Part shown: positions 42,584 to 51,695 of the stretch, in pieces
Position numbering within the stretch: the first letter of the stretch is position 1
Layout: every line of letters begins with the position of its first letter
Assembly (NCBI GenBank): GCA_965238275.1
Contig: OZ250186.1
Location: forward strand, 896,001-960,000
Direction of reading: 5' to 3'
DNA: 64,000 bases
Source of the DNA: Nitrosopumilus sp.
Lineage (GTDB): Archaea > Thermoproteota > Nitrososphaeria > Nitrososphaerales > Nitrosopumilaceae
The notes under the pieces: generated by a model
What the model saw: only the letters and a program-made list of their open reading frames with translations
Told to the model about the DNA's origin: nothing
The model's database searches: none
Position numbers and translations under genes: made by a program

Positions 42584-42985
42584 TTTACTTTCCTGTTACT
42601 GTACATTAAAGTACGTGTGTATATAACCTTTTATTGATGCGGGGTGCCGGATCCACCCGTCATGGCATGGGCAGGATCAGTACATGTTTGACACACTGCA
42701 CGTGTGGGAAATCCGGTTGTAGGTGTGTCCTGGCAATGTGCCCTTTGTATGCAGATCCGGGCTTGTTCAACAAGTATCATATAAGCCAGCAGTGCCATGT
42801 AGTGTCATGGGTGTTATCCAGATTGCAAAAGGCAGGATTGGTCTTGCGTGCGCGCCGGATTCGGCCGGCCGGCCGGAGATTCTTGCAGGGGCCCGCCTTC
42901 TGCCTGACGGGATTGAATCCGAGACGGGGCAGGCTGCAGACGGGTTCATGCCGGGGTTCATCGCACATCCGGGATCGTTGTGGAA

Positions 42986-43504
42986 ATGAACCTGCGAATC
43001 CCCGTCACCAAATTGGAACCGCTGCCCTTCAAGATAAAGACATTTGGCTACAACCGATACCGGATCGAACACCCAAAGGTCAGCGGCATCCTGAACCTTG
43101 GACACATTGTTACACGCGTCAGCAAGGTTCCGGACTCCATGATTCCAAATCAGCCCCTGCCTGACGGAATTGCCGTGGCAGTGGAATATCACCCGATTAT
43201 GTCATTTACCAACCAGGGTCACAAGAATGCCCCGTCGCAAAAGATGCCTACGCCGCAGGAACTTGGCACTTCAAAAAAGCAGGAACTTACAGGTTTTATC
43301 ATTGATGCAGAAAGCTACGAGCCCTGGAACGAATACGTGCTGGAGAAGCCGGTTCCAAGGCTGCTAAAGACGCGTACGGTGCTAGTCAAGATAGAATGGG
43401 TGGTTGACTGCTATGATCGCGTAGGGGATCCGGCACTCGTAGTCAAGCCAAACACAATCCATTCCATTTCAAACACGGACACGCCAGAATCCGGCATGCG
43501 CTAG
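42986..43504 (+). CDS. Hypothetical protein
   Basis: 172-aa ORF with EPWNEYVL motif. Confidence 0.6.
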   Translation: MNLRIPVTKLEPLPFKIKTFGYNRYRIEHPKVSGILNLGHIVTRVSKVPDSMIPNQPLPDGIAVAVEYHPIMSFTNQGHKNAPSQKMPTPQELGTSKKQELTGFIIDAESYEPWNEYVLEKPVPRLLKTRTVLVKIEWVVDCYDRVGDPALVVKPNTIHSISNTDTPESGMR

Positions 43505-43724
43505 ATCAGCCATTCTGGTGATCATCCCTGTCAGATATCATGCACAGTTTGCAGCGCCGATGCATGCGTGGTCCATGTGGCATGTCACGGCCGATGCAAC
43601 AGGCTGGCTGACTTGGAGGCGCACGGTACGAAAAATTGCAACAGGCACTGTGGTGGGGGATGGGATAATCCACAGCACAACCGTGTAAAACTACTCTTTA
43701 TATCGTCTGCAACGCAGATGTATC

Positions 43725-44618
43725 ATGGCCCGCGGGTATGGCATGGATGAGATGCGGCAGAATCTTATCCGTATCATGGGCGACTCCAAGACCGAGATGT
43801 CCGGGGTGGAACTCTCCCGGAGGCTGGGGATCAGCAGAATCACCATGGCCAAATACCTTGCCCTCTTTGAGATCGGGGGGCTGCTCCGCAAGAGGGGCAT
43901 CGGCAACGTTACCCTGTGGTCGCTGGAGCCGGAGCAGGAATCCTTTGACTTTCCTGACGATTACTTCAAGGTGGCCCAAATGTATCTCAGGTTTCTGACT
44001 GGGAATTCAGAGGATCAGGCGTTTTCACTACTCCGAAACTGTATGGATTCAGGTGGCCTCATCCGCAGGCTTATCCTTGAAGTGATTATGCCCGCAGTTG
44101 ACTCGGTCCGGGTAATGTATGACGACGGCAGGATTGGAACCGCCGAACGCAGCCTACTTGAGACTGCAATATCCCGCTCCCTGCACATGCTAAGTCATGC
44201 ACAGCCTGCCGTTCAGCCAGAAAAAAACGTGGTCGTGATAGCAGCTGACTCACAAAGCAGACTGGTATCTGAGATTGCCTCTGCTGCGTACCGCTCCGAT
44301 GGCTGGAGGGTGTCCCATCTGGGGGACATGTCCATGGCGATCAACGTCCTTTTTGATCTCGACTTTCAAAAGCTGATCCGAAAGGTGTGGAGACAGAAGC
44401 CAGGAATTCTGATCGTGGCGGTATTTTCGCACAGCATAGAGGGGTTCAGTTTTTTTGCAGACTCTGTAAAACAGATCCGGTCAAAGTCGGGAAGACGCAT
44501 AAAGCTGGTTCTCTGCGGCAGCCTCTCGGACAGATTCGGACATGAATCCGATCTGCTGACTGAAAGGGTGGAGGACGTACTGCAGTGGTCCGAAACTGTA
44601 TCTGGGAATCTCAAGTAG
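43725..44618 (+). CDS. HTH transcriptional regulator with cobalamin-binding-like domain
   Basis: N-terminal wHTH (SGVELSRRLGISRITMAKYL), helical cap and Rossmann-like C-terminus. Confidence 0.75.
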   Translation: MARGYGMDEMRQNLIRIMGDSKTEMSGVELSRRLGISRITMAKYLALFEIGGLLRKRGIGNVTLWSLEPEQESFDFPDDYFKVAQMYLRFLTGNSEDQAFSLLRNCMDSGGLIRRLILEVIMPAVDSVRVMYDDGRIGTAERSLLETAISRSLHMLSHAQPAVQPEKNVVVIAADSQSRLVSEIASAAYRSDGWRVSHLGDMSMAINVLFDLDFQKLIRKVWRQKPGILIVAVFSHSIEGFSFFADSVKQIRSKSGRRIKLVLCGSLSDRFGHESDLLTERVEDVLQWSETVSGNLK

Positions 44619-44622
44619 GGGA

Positions 44623-44697
44623 TGGGCCCGATGAGATTCGAACTCATGACCTTTCGATTATCAGTCGAACGCTCCAGCCAAGCTGAGCTACGAGCCC
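44623..44697 (-). tRNA. tRNA-Ile(GAT)
   Basis: GGGCTCGTAGCTCAG...TTCGA-CTGATAA-TCGAA...CGGGCCCA. Confidence 0.93.
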
Positions 44698-44798
44698 ACT
44701 AGAAATTTTTCTGGTTGGAGCCATTTAAGTTTAATTTATGGTTTGGATGTAGTGAATCCCGACATGGCGGGTCAGGACTTGTACGGCTTACCGGACGG

Positions 44799-45338
44799 CT
44801 ATTCCTTCCACTTGATCGAGCATCCGATTGACGGATCAAAATCCTTCTCAATACTCTTGCCCTCAAGCAGCCTCTTGATGTTGTTTATCATCGTCTTTTC
44901 AGTGGCCGCGTCCCCAGGGCTCATGGCATTGTCGATTCTTCCGTGAAAGACAAGCCTCTTTTGATCATCAAACAGGAACGGATCCGGCGTGCACATTGCA
45001 CCGTACCTTCTGGCAGTCTCCTGCGACTCGTCGATCAGGTAGTCAAATCCAAATCCCTTCTCTTTTGCAGTCTGTTTCATTGCCTCAAAGCTGTCTTCTG
45101 GATAATTGGCTGAATCGTTGCTGTTGATTCCCACTATCGCAACACTGTCTCCAAATTTTTCATACAGCTCGTTTAATGCGTCTGCCTTGGCCTTTACATA
45201 CGGACAGTGGTTGCACATGAAGATGACCAGTATTCCCCTGTATCTGCCATAGTCCCCAAGCGCATGCACCCTGTCGTCAATTCCGGGCAGTTCAAAGTCC
45301 GGCGCCGTATCGCCTGCCTTGAGCTTGATCTGTACCAG
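44799..45338 (-). CDS. Thioredoxin-fold AhpC/TSA-family protein
   Basis: APDFEL, CNHCPYV, CTPD, GCSIKW; start uncertain. Confidence 0.85.
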   Translation of the reverse strand: MVQIKLKAGDTAPDFELPGIDDRVHALGDYGRYRGILVIFMCNHCPYVKAKADALNELYEKFGDSVAIVGINSNDSANYPEDSFEAMKQTAKEKGFGFDYLIDESQETARRYGAMCTPDPFLFDDQKRLVFHGRIDNAMSPGDAATEKTMINNIKRLLEGKSIEKDFDPSIGCSIKWKE

Positions 45339-45525
45339 ATCGCCCGTGCGTGTTCTGCCGGCTACGTCAAGTCCTGCATCATCTGCGGCACCTGAATGAT
45401 CCTGCAGATGCGCGTCCTGGTGCACGGCAGGGATCCTGCACTGCCGCCTGTCAGCACACTCACGGTTCTCCAAGGGAGGCACGACACACAACAATTAAAA
45501 TCAGTGCCGGGACTACTTCTTGCGT

Positions 45526-45595
45526 GGGCCGGTAGTATACCTGGTAGTATACCCGCCTTGCACGCGGGGGGTCACGGATTCAAATTCCGTCCGGT
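45526..45595 (+). tRNA. tRNA-Ala(TGC), 3' end truncated or garbled in this assembly
   Basis: GGGCCGG acceptor 5' strand, CCCGC-CTTGCAC-GCGGG anticodon arm, T-arm; runs directly into IS-B TIR sequence. Confidence 0.8.
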
Positions 45596-46363
45596 GTTTC
45601 CTAATTCTGCCGATACTCGTCTACGCCAAGTCCTGCATGCACATCTGCGGCGACGGCCTGAAGCTGACCTTTCGTATATCTGCAGATGCGCGTCCTGGTG
45701 GCAACGGACCACCGGTCGGGACTCCTGCACTGCCGCCTGTCAGCACACTCACGGTTCTCGGGGCATGCACCCGTTCGGGAGGCACGAATCACACAACAAT
45801 TAAAATCAGTGCCGGGACTACTTCTTGCGTGTTATGGCCGGCGTAGATCTTTTTGGTTTTGGCAAATCAAAAAAATCCCAAACGTGCAGCTTTATGAAGC
45901 CCCGCCTGGTCCCCCACTTTTCTGTCATCCAGTCGCCGCGGTTTGTGGGCTTGAGTCCAGTGGAGTCGAAGGCAAACAGCTTGATCTCGGCCCGGGTGCC
46001 GCCGTCTGAGAACCACGCAGAAGCCGTGGCTACCATCATCATTGTCTGCAACAGTGCAGCCAAGCTTGGCCATCCTCTTCTGGAACGCCGAGTACGTGGG
46101 CGCGTTTTCCTTGCCGACTATCGTCTCTGCCAGACCCTGGAGCTGCCTGTACCACGGTGGCGTTTTTGGGGATGCTGTGCAAAGCACGCGTTTGAAAATA
46201 CGTACGGGCGGCCTACCTTCCCGCAATTCCGTCCTGGAGGTCACAACCATCATCGTACTCCAGCCTCACCTGGAGAGGATGTGGCAGGATTCAATCCTTT
46301 TGGATGGATTTAAATAGGCCTAATACCTGCTGGGTGTGACTGGCGTAATTAGGAAACAGAGTT
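45596..46363 (-). mobile_element. Scrambled or partial copy of IS5 element B
   Basis: 45830-46225 is near-identical to 38336-38735; TIR remnants GTTTCCTAATT and TAATTAGGAAACAGAGTT. Confidence 0.8.
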
Positions 46364-46407
46364 CTCCTTTTGGATGGATTTAAATAGGATAAGTTTCAGT
46401 TCTCTTC

Positions 46408-46509
46408 ATGGCAAGTGTAGCAGATGGATGGCCTGTATTCATTCCAATGATCGTAGGTTTGGCACCAGGACTGATTTACTGGCTGGCAATTACCGCAAGG
46501 AGAAAATAA
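46408..46509 (+). CDS. 33-aa single-TM small protein (MASVADGWPVFIPMIVGLAPGLIYWLAITARRK)
   Basis: TTTAAATA box about 25-30 bp upstream, hydrophobic helix with basic tail, oligo-T terminator; below the ORF-track cutoff. Confidence 0.7.
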   Translation: MASVADGWPVFIPMIVGLAPGLIYWLAITARRK

Positions 46510-46735
46510 TCTCTTTATTTTTAATCTCTTTTTAGTGCGCCCTTATCGGATAGATTGCCCCATTCCGGCACGTGCATGCATCGGATGCAGGAGATCGCAG
46601 GTATTCCCTCATGGCATGTCAGTTGTGGCATGTCGTCCTGGGGCATGATCCCTGTGTTTGGTTAAACGTTGTTACCTTTCTTGTTCATTATATCATACGC
46701 TGTACAACATTAATCACTATCTCCAACAACATTTG

Positions 46736-47788
46736 ATGCGTGGAGCTGTTCTTGGCATATCCCTAATCCTGATGCTGGTTCCATTCTCAGATGGATTCTC
46801 TCAGGACTCCTCTACGCAGCTTGGCCAATCCCTGAATGCCCCTGTTCCGTTTGTCTATCAGGACGCTGAAGGGTTTACCGTCGTAGTCGGAGTTGTTGAA
46901 AACATCAACCAGATGTCCGCCGTTGCCGACGTCTTCATTTACGTAACCTTTTATGGTGATGCCGGTCAGGAACCGCTGGAATATGCCTCTGGGGGAACCA
47001 CGCTTGATGTGATTCCGTCCGGGGGGAACTCTACGTTTGTCATACGTTCTGAAACCCCAAACCCTGAGATAACAGATGCGTCCGTACGTCTTTTGAGCTT
47101 TGATCTTGCAACAGAGAAACCAAACAGCCTGACCGTATACTCTACCAATGTCGTATTTGACAACACATTCCGGTTCTCCGGCGTTCTGCAAAACGGTGCT
47201 GCACCAACTTCTGAGAACCGGGTTCATTTTGCCTTTTACGATGCCTTTGAACCCTCACGGATACTTTCCGTCTCGACTGTGAACTTGGGTAATGTGGAAC
47301 CCAACGCCGAGGTGGCCGTTGAGTTTGAGGGTGTGATAGATTCCAAAGCGGTCGGTTTTTCACTGTTTGCCGAATCTGACACATTTCGTTCCGACATCGT
47401 TGATGTAAAGATCCCTCCACAACAGCTTTTGACAAAGCTTGCCACAATACGCGACATCTCGGCAACAAACGATTCAGGCGCAAGGGTCTCTGAGATTAAT
47501 GCCGGCTCCACTGTGACCATCAGCAGTTCAGTTGGGATTCAATATGTGGATGATCAGGACGTCCAGACGCCATACAAGTACTATGTCCAGGTAAAGGAAT
47601 CCGGAAGTTCTCCGGCCGTGGTATTTCTTGGGGTGCACGAGGGGGTGTTTGACGGCACGGCACAGTCCCCAAGCGTGGACTGGACTCCGGAAGAGCCGGG
47701 CCTGTTCCTCATTGAGACGTTTTTGTGGGATGAAAACAACGTACCGATCACCGACAATGGGCCGATCGCCCTGTTTGTTGTAATCTAA
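46736..47788 (+). CDS. Secreted beta-sandwich protein (FxLYD-like domains)
   Basis: Signal peptide; VVGVVEN...VTFYG; WTPEEPGLF C-terminal domain. Confidence 0.7.
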   Translation: MRGAVLGISLILMLVPFSDGFSQDSSTQLGQSLNAPVPFVYQDAEGFTVVVGVVENINQMSAVADVFIYVTFYGDAGQEPLEYASGGTTLDVIPSGGNSTFVIRSETPNPEITDASVRLLSFDLATEKPNSLTVYSTNVVFDNTFRFSGVLQNGAAPTSENRVHFAFYDAFEPSRILSVSTVNLGNVEPNAEVAVEFEGVIDSKAVGFSLFAESDTFRSDIVDVKIPPQQLLTKLATIRDISATNDSGARVSEINAGSTVTISSSVGIQYVDDQDVQTPYKYYVQVKESGSSPAVVFLGVHEGVFDGTAQSPSVDWTPEEPGLFLIETFLWDENNVPITDNGPIALFVVI

Positions 47789-47940
47789 CACTACTTCATG
47801 ATGCTCAAAACTTGCTGCATATCCTGAATTATATGCAGCCTTTCTGAACGCAGGCATGCAGCTGTCCCATCATGCCGGAATGAACAGGAGGCAGCCCTAC
47901 AAAGTGGTATGTTTATCTTCTGATGGCATGATGTTTCTGT

Positions 47941-48405
47941 ATGCTCAGGTTTTCCCTTGTTGCCACAGGCGGCACGTTTGATATAATCCACAGGGGACAT
48001 CTTGTCCTGCTTGGAACCGCGTTTGACATATCTGAAAAGGTGCTCATAGGACTGACAAGTGACGAGTTTGCAGCCAGGCTGGGAAAGACGACTGCCAACA
48101 AGTATGGCCAGAGGCTTGACAACCTGCGTGCTGCCATCTCAAGGGAGTTTCCAGACAGATCCTATACCATCGCAAGGCTGGATAATGATTTTGGACCTGC
48201 AGTTTTGGAGGAGACGGTCAAGGCTCTGGTGGTCAGCGAGGAGACTTGCAGGCAGGGCAGCGTACTTAATCATCTGAGATCCAAAAGGGGGGTACCGCCT
48301 GTCCAGATCATAACGGTTCCCATGTATCCGGCAAAAGATGGCACACGGATATCCACTACCAGAATCAAAAACTCCGAGATTGATGCTGATGGGGACTTTG
48401 TTTGA
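47941..48405 (+). CDS. coaD: Archaeal phosphopantetheine adenylyltransferase
   Basis: GGTFDIIHRGH, GLTSD, VVSEET, ISTTRI. Confidence 0.88.
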   Translation: MLRFSLVATGGTFDIIHRGHLVLLGTAFDISEKVLIGLTSDEFAARLGKTTANKYGQRLDNLRAAISREFPDRSYTIARLDNDFGPAVLEETVKALVVSEETCRQGSVLNHLRSKRGVPPVQIITVPMYPAKDGTRISTTRIKNSEIDADGDFV

Positions 48406-48464
48406 CAAGCAGCTTGCCGAACTTTGAGCATTCCTGATAAAAGGCAACTACAGGATCCTACAGG

Positions 48465-48794
48465 GTGGCAATCATCAAGCACATGGTAAGGCAGATCAAC
48501 TCTGACATATCCTGTCTCAAACAGGGACTGCACCCGGAGAGCCTGTCGTTCTGGTATGACCGGATAATCCAGGAGACCATTGAGATGGCACCTCCATGGC
48601 TTCAGGACAAGATCAAGGTTCATCAGGATCCAATCCTTACGCTGAAGTTCAATCTGGACATATCAAAGCGTGCTGTCAGATATTTCATGATTGCAGTGGA
48701 CAACAACCTTGACGACATGCCGTATTCTACCAGGCTGTATTTTCTCAAGGTACAGGAGATACTGGCAACTGAGATGGACAAATCGTTTGTATGA
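48465..48794 (+). CDS. Hypothetical protein
   Basis: 109-aa ORF co-oriented with coaD. Confidence 0.6.
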   Translation: MAIIKHMVRQINSDISCLKQGLHPESLSFWYDRIIQETIEMAPPWLQDKIKVHQDPILTLKFNLDISKRAVRYFMIAVDNNLDDMPYSTRLYFLKVQEILATEMDKSFV

Positions 48795-48856
48795 TGTCAT
48801 GTGCAAGAACATGCCCAACCTCTAACTATCTATATCCGGTTGCAATTCAATAGGGC

Positions 48857-50017
48857 ATGGATCTCTACAGACCTGCGCGCTCAAAAAAGAGATCAGATGG
48901 TCGCAGGCGATCCGACGACGCATCCCGTTCCTTTAGAAACTCCAGAGAACATCCCGCGCCTGCAAGGGCAGACGTAAGGTGTGCCGACTGCAACACCATG
49001 TTTGAGCCTCCGTTTGTTCCAAGGGACGGCAGACCGGTCTACTGTAGCAGGTGCTTCAGGAATCACAGGCAGGATGATGGTATCCATTCCACAGGAGACA
49101 GACGACCCGGACGCTACGAAGGTGACCGTCGCCCCACAGGAGACAGACGACCCGGACGCTACGAAGGTGACCGTCGCCCCACAGGAGACAGACGACCCGG
49201 ACGCTACGAAGGCGATAGGCGATCCGACGGCGCATCCCGTTCCTTTAGAAACTCCAGCGAACGTCCCGCGCCTGCAAGGGCAGACGTAAGGTGTGCCGAC
49301 TGCAACACCATGTTTGAGCCTCCGTTTGTTCCAAGGGACGGCAGACCGGTCTACTGTAGCAGGTGCTTCAGGAATCACAGGCAGGATGATGGTATCCATT
49401 CCACAGGAGACAGACGACCCGGACGCTACGAAGGTGACCGTCGCCCCACAGGAGACAGACGACCCGGACGCTACGAAGGTGACCGTCGCCCCACAGGAGA
49501 CAGACGACCCGGACGCTACGAAGGTGACCGTCGCCCCACAGGAGACAGACGACCCGGACGCTACGAAGGTGACCGTCGCCCCACAGGAGACAGACGACCC
49601 GGACGCTACGAAGGTGACCGTCGCCCCACAGGAGACCGAAAACAGGAACGTTATGAGACTGGTGACTCCCGGGAATCAAGACCAGAACAGGCCTCACACA
49701 CTGACGAGCCTGCCGGATTCTATGATTCGCTAAGGGAGAAATTATTTACAATTCTGGGCGGGAAAGTATGTTCCGGCTGCGGATACAAGGATGAGAGGGC
49801 TCTGGGATTCAGTCATGTGCATGGCGAAATATCGTTTGATAAAATCAGACGTGGCGGTACTGCATCCTCGTGGGAAAAATACGTCACGGATCCTGATGCT
49901 GCCCAGAAGGAGTTGAAGGTCCTGTGTCTAAACTGCAATGAGATTAGGCAGCCTATAGCACGGTCAAAAAACGACAGACCAAACACTGACCAAAAGATCA
50001 GGCGATTTCCCAGGTGA
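48857..50017 (+). CDS. CxxC-x17-CxxC zinc-ribbon protein with Arg/Gly-rich repeats
   Basis: Two CADC...PFVP.DGRPVYCSRC domains; C-terminal CSGCG...LCLNCN. Confidence 0.85.
   Translation: MDLYRPARSKKRSDGRRRSDDASRSFRNSREHPAPARADVRCADCNTMFEPPFVPRDGRPVYCSRCFRNHRQDDGIHSTGDRRPGRYEGDRRPTGDRRPGRYEGDRRPTGDRRPGRYEGDRRSDGASRSFRNSSERPAPARADVRCADCNTMFEPPFVPRDGRPVYCSRCFRNHRQDDGIHSTGDRRPGRYEGDRRPTGDRRPGRYEGDRRPTGDRRPGRYEGDRRPTGDRRPGRYEGDRRPTGDRRPGRYEGDRRPTGDRKQERYETGDSRESRPEQASHTDEPAGFYDSLREKLFTILGGKVCSGCGYKDERALGFSHVHGEISFDKIRRGGTASSWEKYVTDPDAAQKELKVLCLNCNEIRQPIARSKNDRPNTDQKIRRFPR
49091..49637 (+). repeat. In-frame 45-bp tandem repeats in two arrays, associated with a 312-bp duplication
   Basis: Unit ACAGGAGACAGACGACCCGGACGCTACGAAGGTGACCGTCGCCCC at 49091, 49136, 49181 (partial) and 49403-49628. 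Confidence 0.95.
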
Positions 50018-50250
50018 CACACCGGATCAGGTTAACCGGTACAGTATGATATTTCAATCTGGTATGATCTACAGGGTTCATCCTCTTTCACAATCAGTCT
50101 GGCTCACAATACGCGAGCAAGGGGCTTCCATTAACACTTTAATTATAATGATCATCAAATCAAAACATGAACCAAGACTTTTCGGCCCTGGGTTTTTCTC
50201 TGGTTGCCATGGTGGTAGTCACAGGCATCTATGCACTGTTCTTCCGATAG

Positions 50251-50532
50251 TCACTCCTTGGTGATCTCTACGCAGTTCCCTAGGACCTTGGCCGAGATCA
50301 GTCTGTGTTCCCCGTCCATCACTGACTGCATAAAGTCTGCAAACCTCTCCACATCTGTGGCAGAATCAAGCAGTATGCTGTGGGCCGACTTGTCCTTGAG
50401 GGATATGACCAGCTCGTTGTCTATAACGTTGAGAATTCCTGCAATGTATGTCTCCCCTACATCCCTGATGAAGATCAGACTTGCCAGTTTCTGGGCCTCG
50501 TATTTGTCACTACACGGGATGCTGATTCTCAT
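50251..50532 (-). CDS. Hypothetical protein
   Basis: 93-aa ORF overlapping the trpS stop. Confidence 0.65.
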   Translation of the reverse strand: MRISIPCSDKYEAQKLASLIFIRDVGETYIAGILNVIDNELVISLKDKSAHSILLDSATDVERFADFMQSVMDGEHRLISAKVLGNCVEITKE

Positions 50533-51641
50533 TTGTTACTCAGAAGGAATCCTTCTATCTGATCCCTTGCCCTCTCCCTCTTTTTTTGGTGTTCTGACAG
50601 AAACCTGTTGATCTTTTCGATGAGCATCCCCTTCAACTCTCCTGAGAGCAGGCTTCCTGACTTGTAATCATCATACACTGCCTTGAGTTTTTTGTCGTCA
50701 GGCTCAAAGAACATTCTCAGGTACTGGTATGATACGTCAATATCCGGATTACCCCCCATCTCCCTATGCTCTTTGATGTCGGATCTGCCTCCGGAAAATG
50801 CATGCCCATTGATCTTTTTTTCGACTGCTCCCGGGGTGTCGGTGGTGTAGATGGTGTTGTTCTGGTCTGAGGCTGACATCTTTCCACCGGGACCCTCCAG
50901 TGCCGGCATCATTATGTTGTGGATGAGTGCAGGCTTTGGCATGCCGATCTTGGGTGCAACGTCTCTTGTGAGTCTGAAGTGGGGATCCTGGTCCACTCCC
51001 AGCGGAATCAGGACCTGCCCGTCCTCTATAAAGCACGGTGCAGACTGTAGCGAGGTGTAAAATATCATGCCGATGTTAGTCTCGCCGGTAAACCCAAACG
51101 TCGCCTTTGTGTTTGAAAAGTTGATCCTCTTTGCCACCCTGGCCGCAATCGGGTACAGGGTCTGGATGTTTCGCGTATTGATGATAATCTTGGTGTTTTC
51201 CGGCTTGAAGCCAAGTGCGATGAAGTCCAGCGCGTTCTCGTAGGCAAAGTCGCCGGTCTCCTCAAGCGTGATGTCCGGCTTTGAGTAGAACTTCTCATCG
51301 TCTGTCAGCTGAAAGTACATGTTGACATCAAACTTTTCCTGCAGCCACCTTGCAAAGACCCACGGGACCAGATGCCCTATGTGGGTGTGGCCGGACGGGC
51401 CCCTTCCGGTATACAGAAAGAATTTTCGTCCTGCGTCATACTCGTCAAGCACCCTGGACATGTCCCTGTGCGAAAAAAAGACGCCCCTTCTGAGCATAAA
51501 GTGATCATCGCCGGCCCTTTCCCTGATCCTTTCAAGAATCCGGGGGGAGATTCTCTCTGTTCCAAACCGTTTTATCAGTTTCTCATAGTCTATCTCGCCT
51601 TCTACATGCCATGGTGTAACAGTAAAGTCGTCAGTCGGCAT
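50529..51641 (-). CDS. trpS: Tryptophan-tRNA ligase
   Basis: TGRGPS, HIGH, DQDPHFR, KMSAS. Confidence 0.96.
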   Translation of the reverse strand: MPTDDFTVTPWHVEGEIDYEKLIKRFGTERISPRILERIRERAGDDHFMLRRGVFFSHRDMSRVLDEYDAGRKFFLYTGRGPSGHTHIGHLVPWVFARWLQEKFDVNMYFQLTDDEKFYSKPDITLEETGDFAYENALDFIALGFKPENTKIIINTRNIQTLYPIAARVAKRINFSNTKATFGFTGETNIGMIFYTSLQSAPCFIEDGQVLIPLGVDQDPHFRLTRDVAPKIGMPKPALIHNIMMPALEGPGGKMSASDQNNTIYTTDTPGAVEKKINGHAFSGGRSDIKEHREMGGNPDIDVSYQYLRMFFEPDDKKLKAVYDDYKSGSLLSGELKGMLIEKINRFLSEHQKKRERARDQIEGFLLSNK

Positions 51642-51695
51642 TTCGTTTGATGTGGCTTCTTAAGATTTAAAAAGTCTTTTTCAGATTTTGAGCTG

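Noticed and set aside
40923-44697. Integrated provirus or island around the tRNAs and the Dam-like gene
   Set aside because: No integrase, att duplication or viral structural gene is visible.
49091-49637. 45-bp repeats as a CRISPR array
   Set aside because: The units are contiguous with no unique spacers, they are in frame within a CDS, and no cas genes are nearby.
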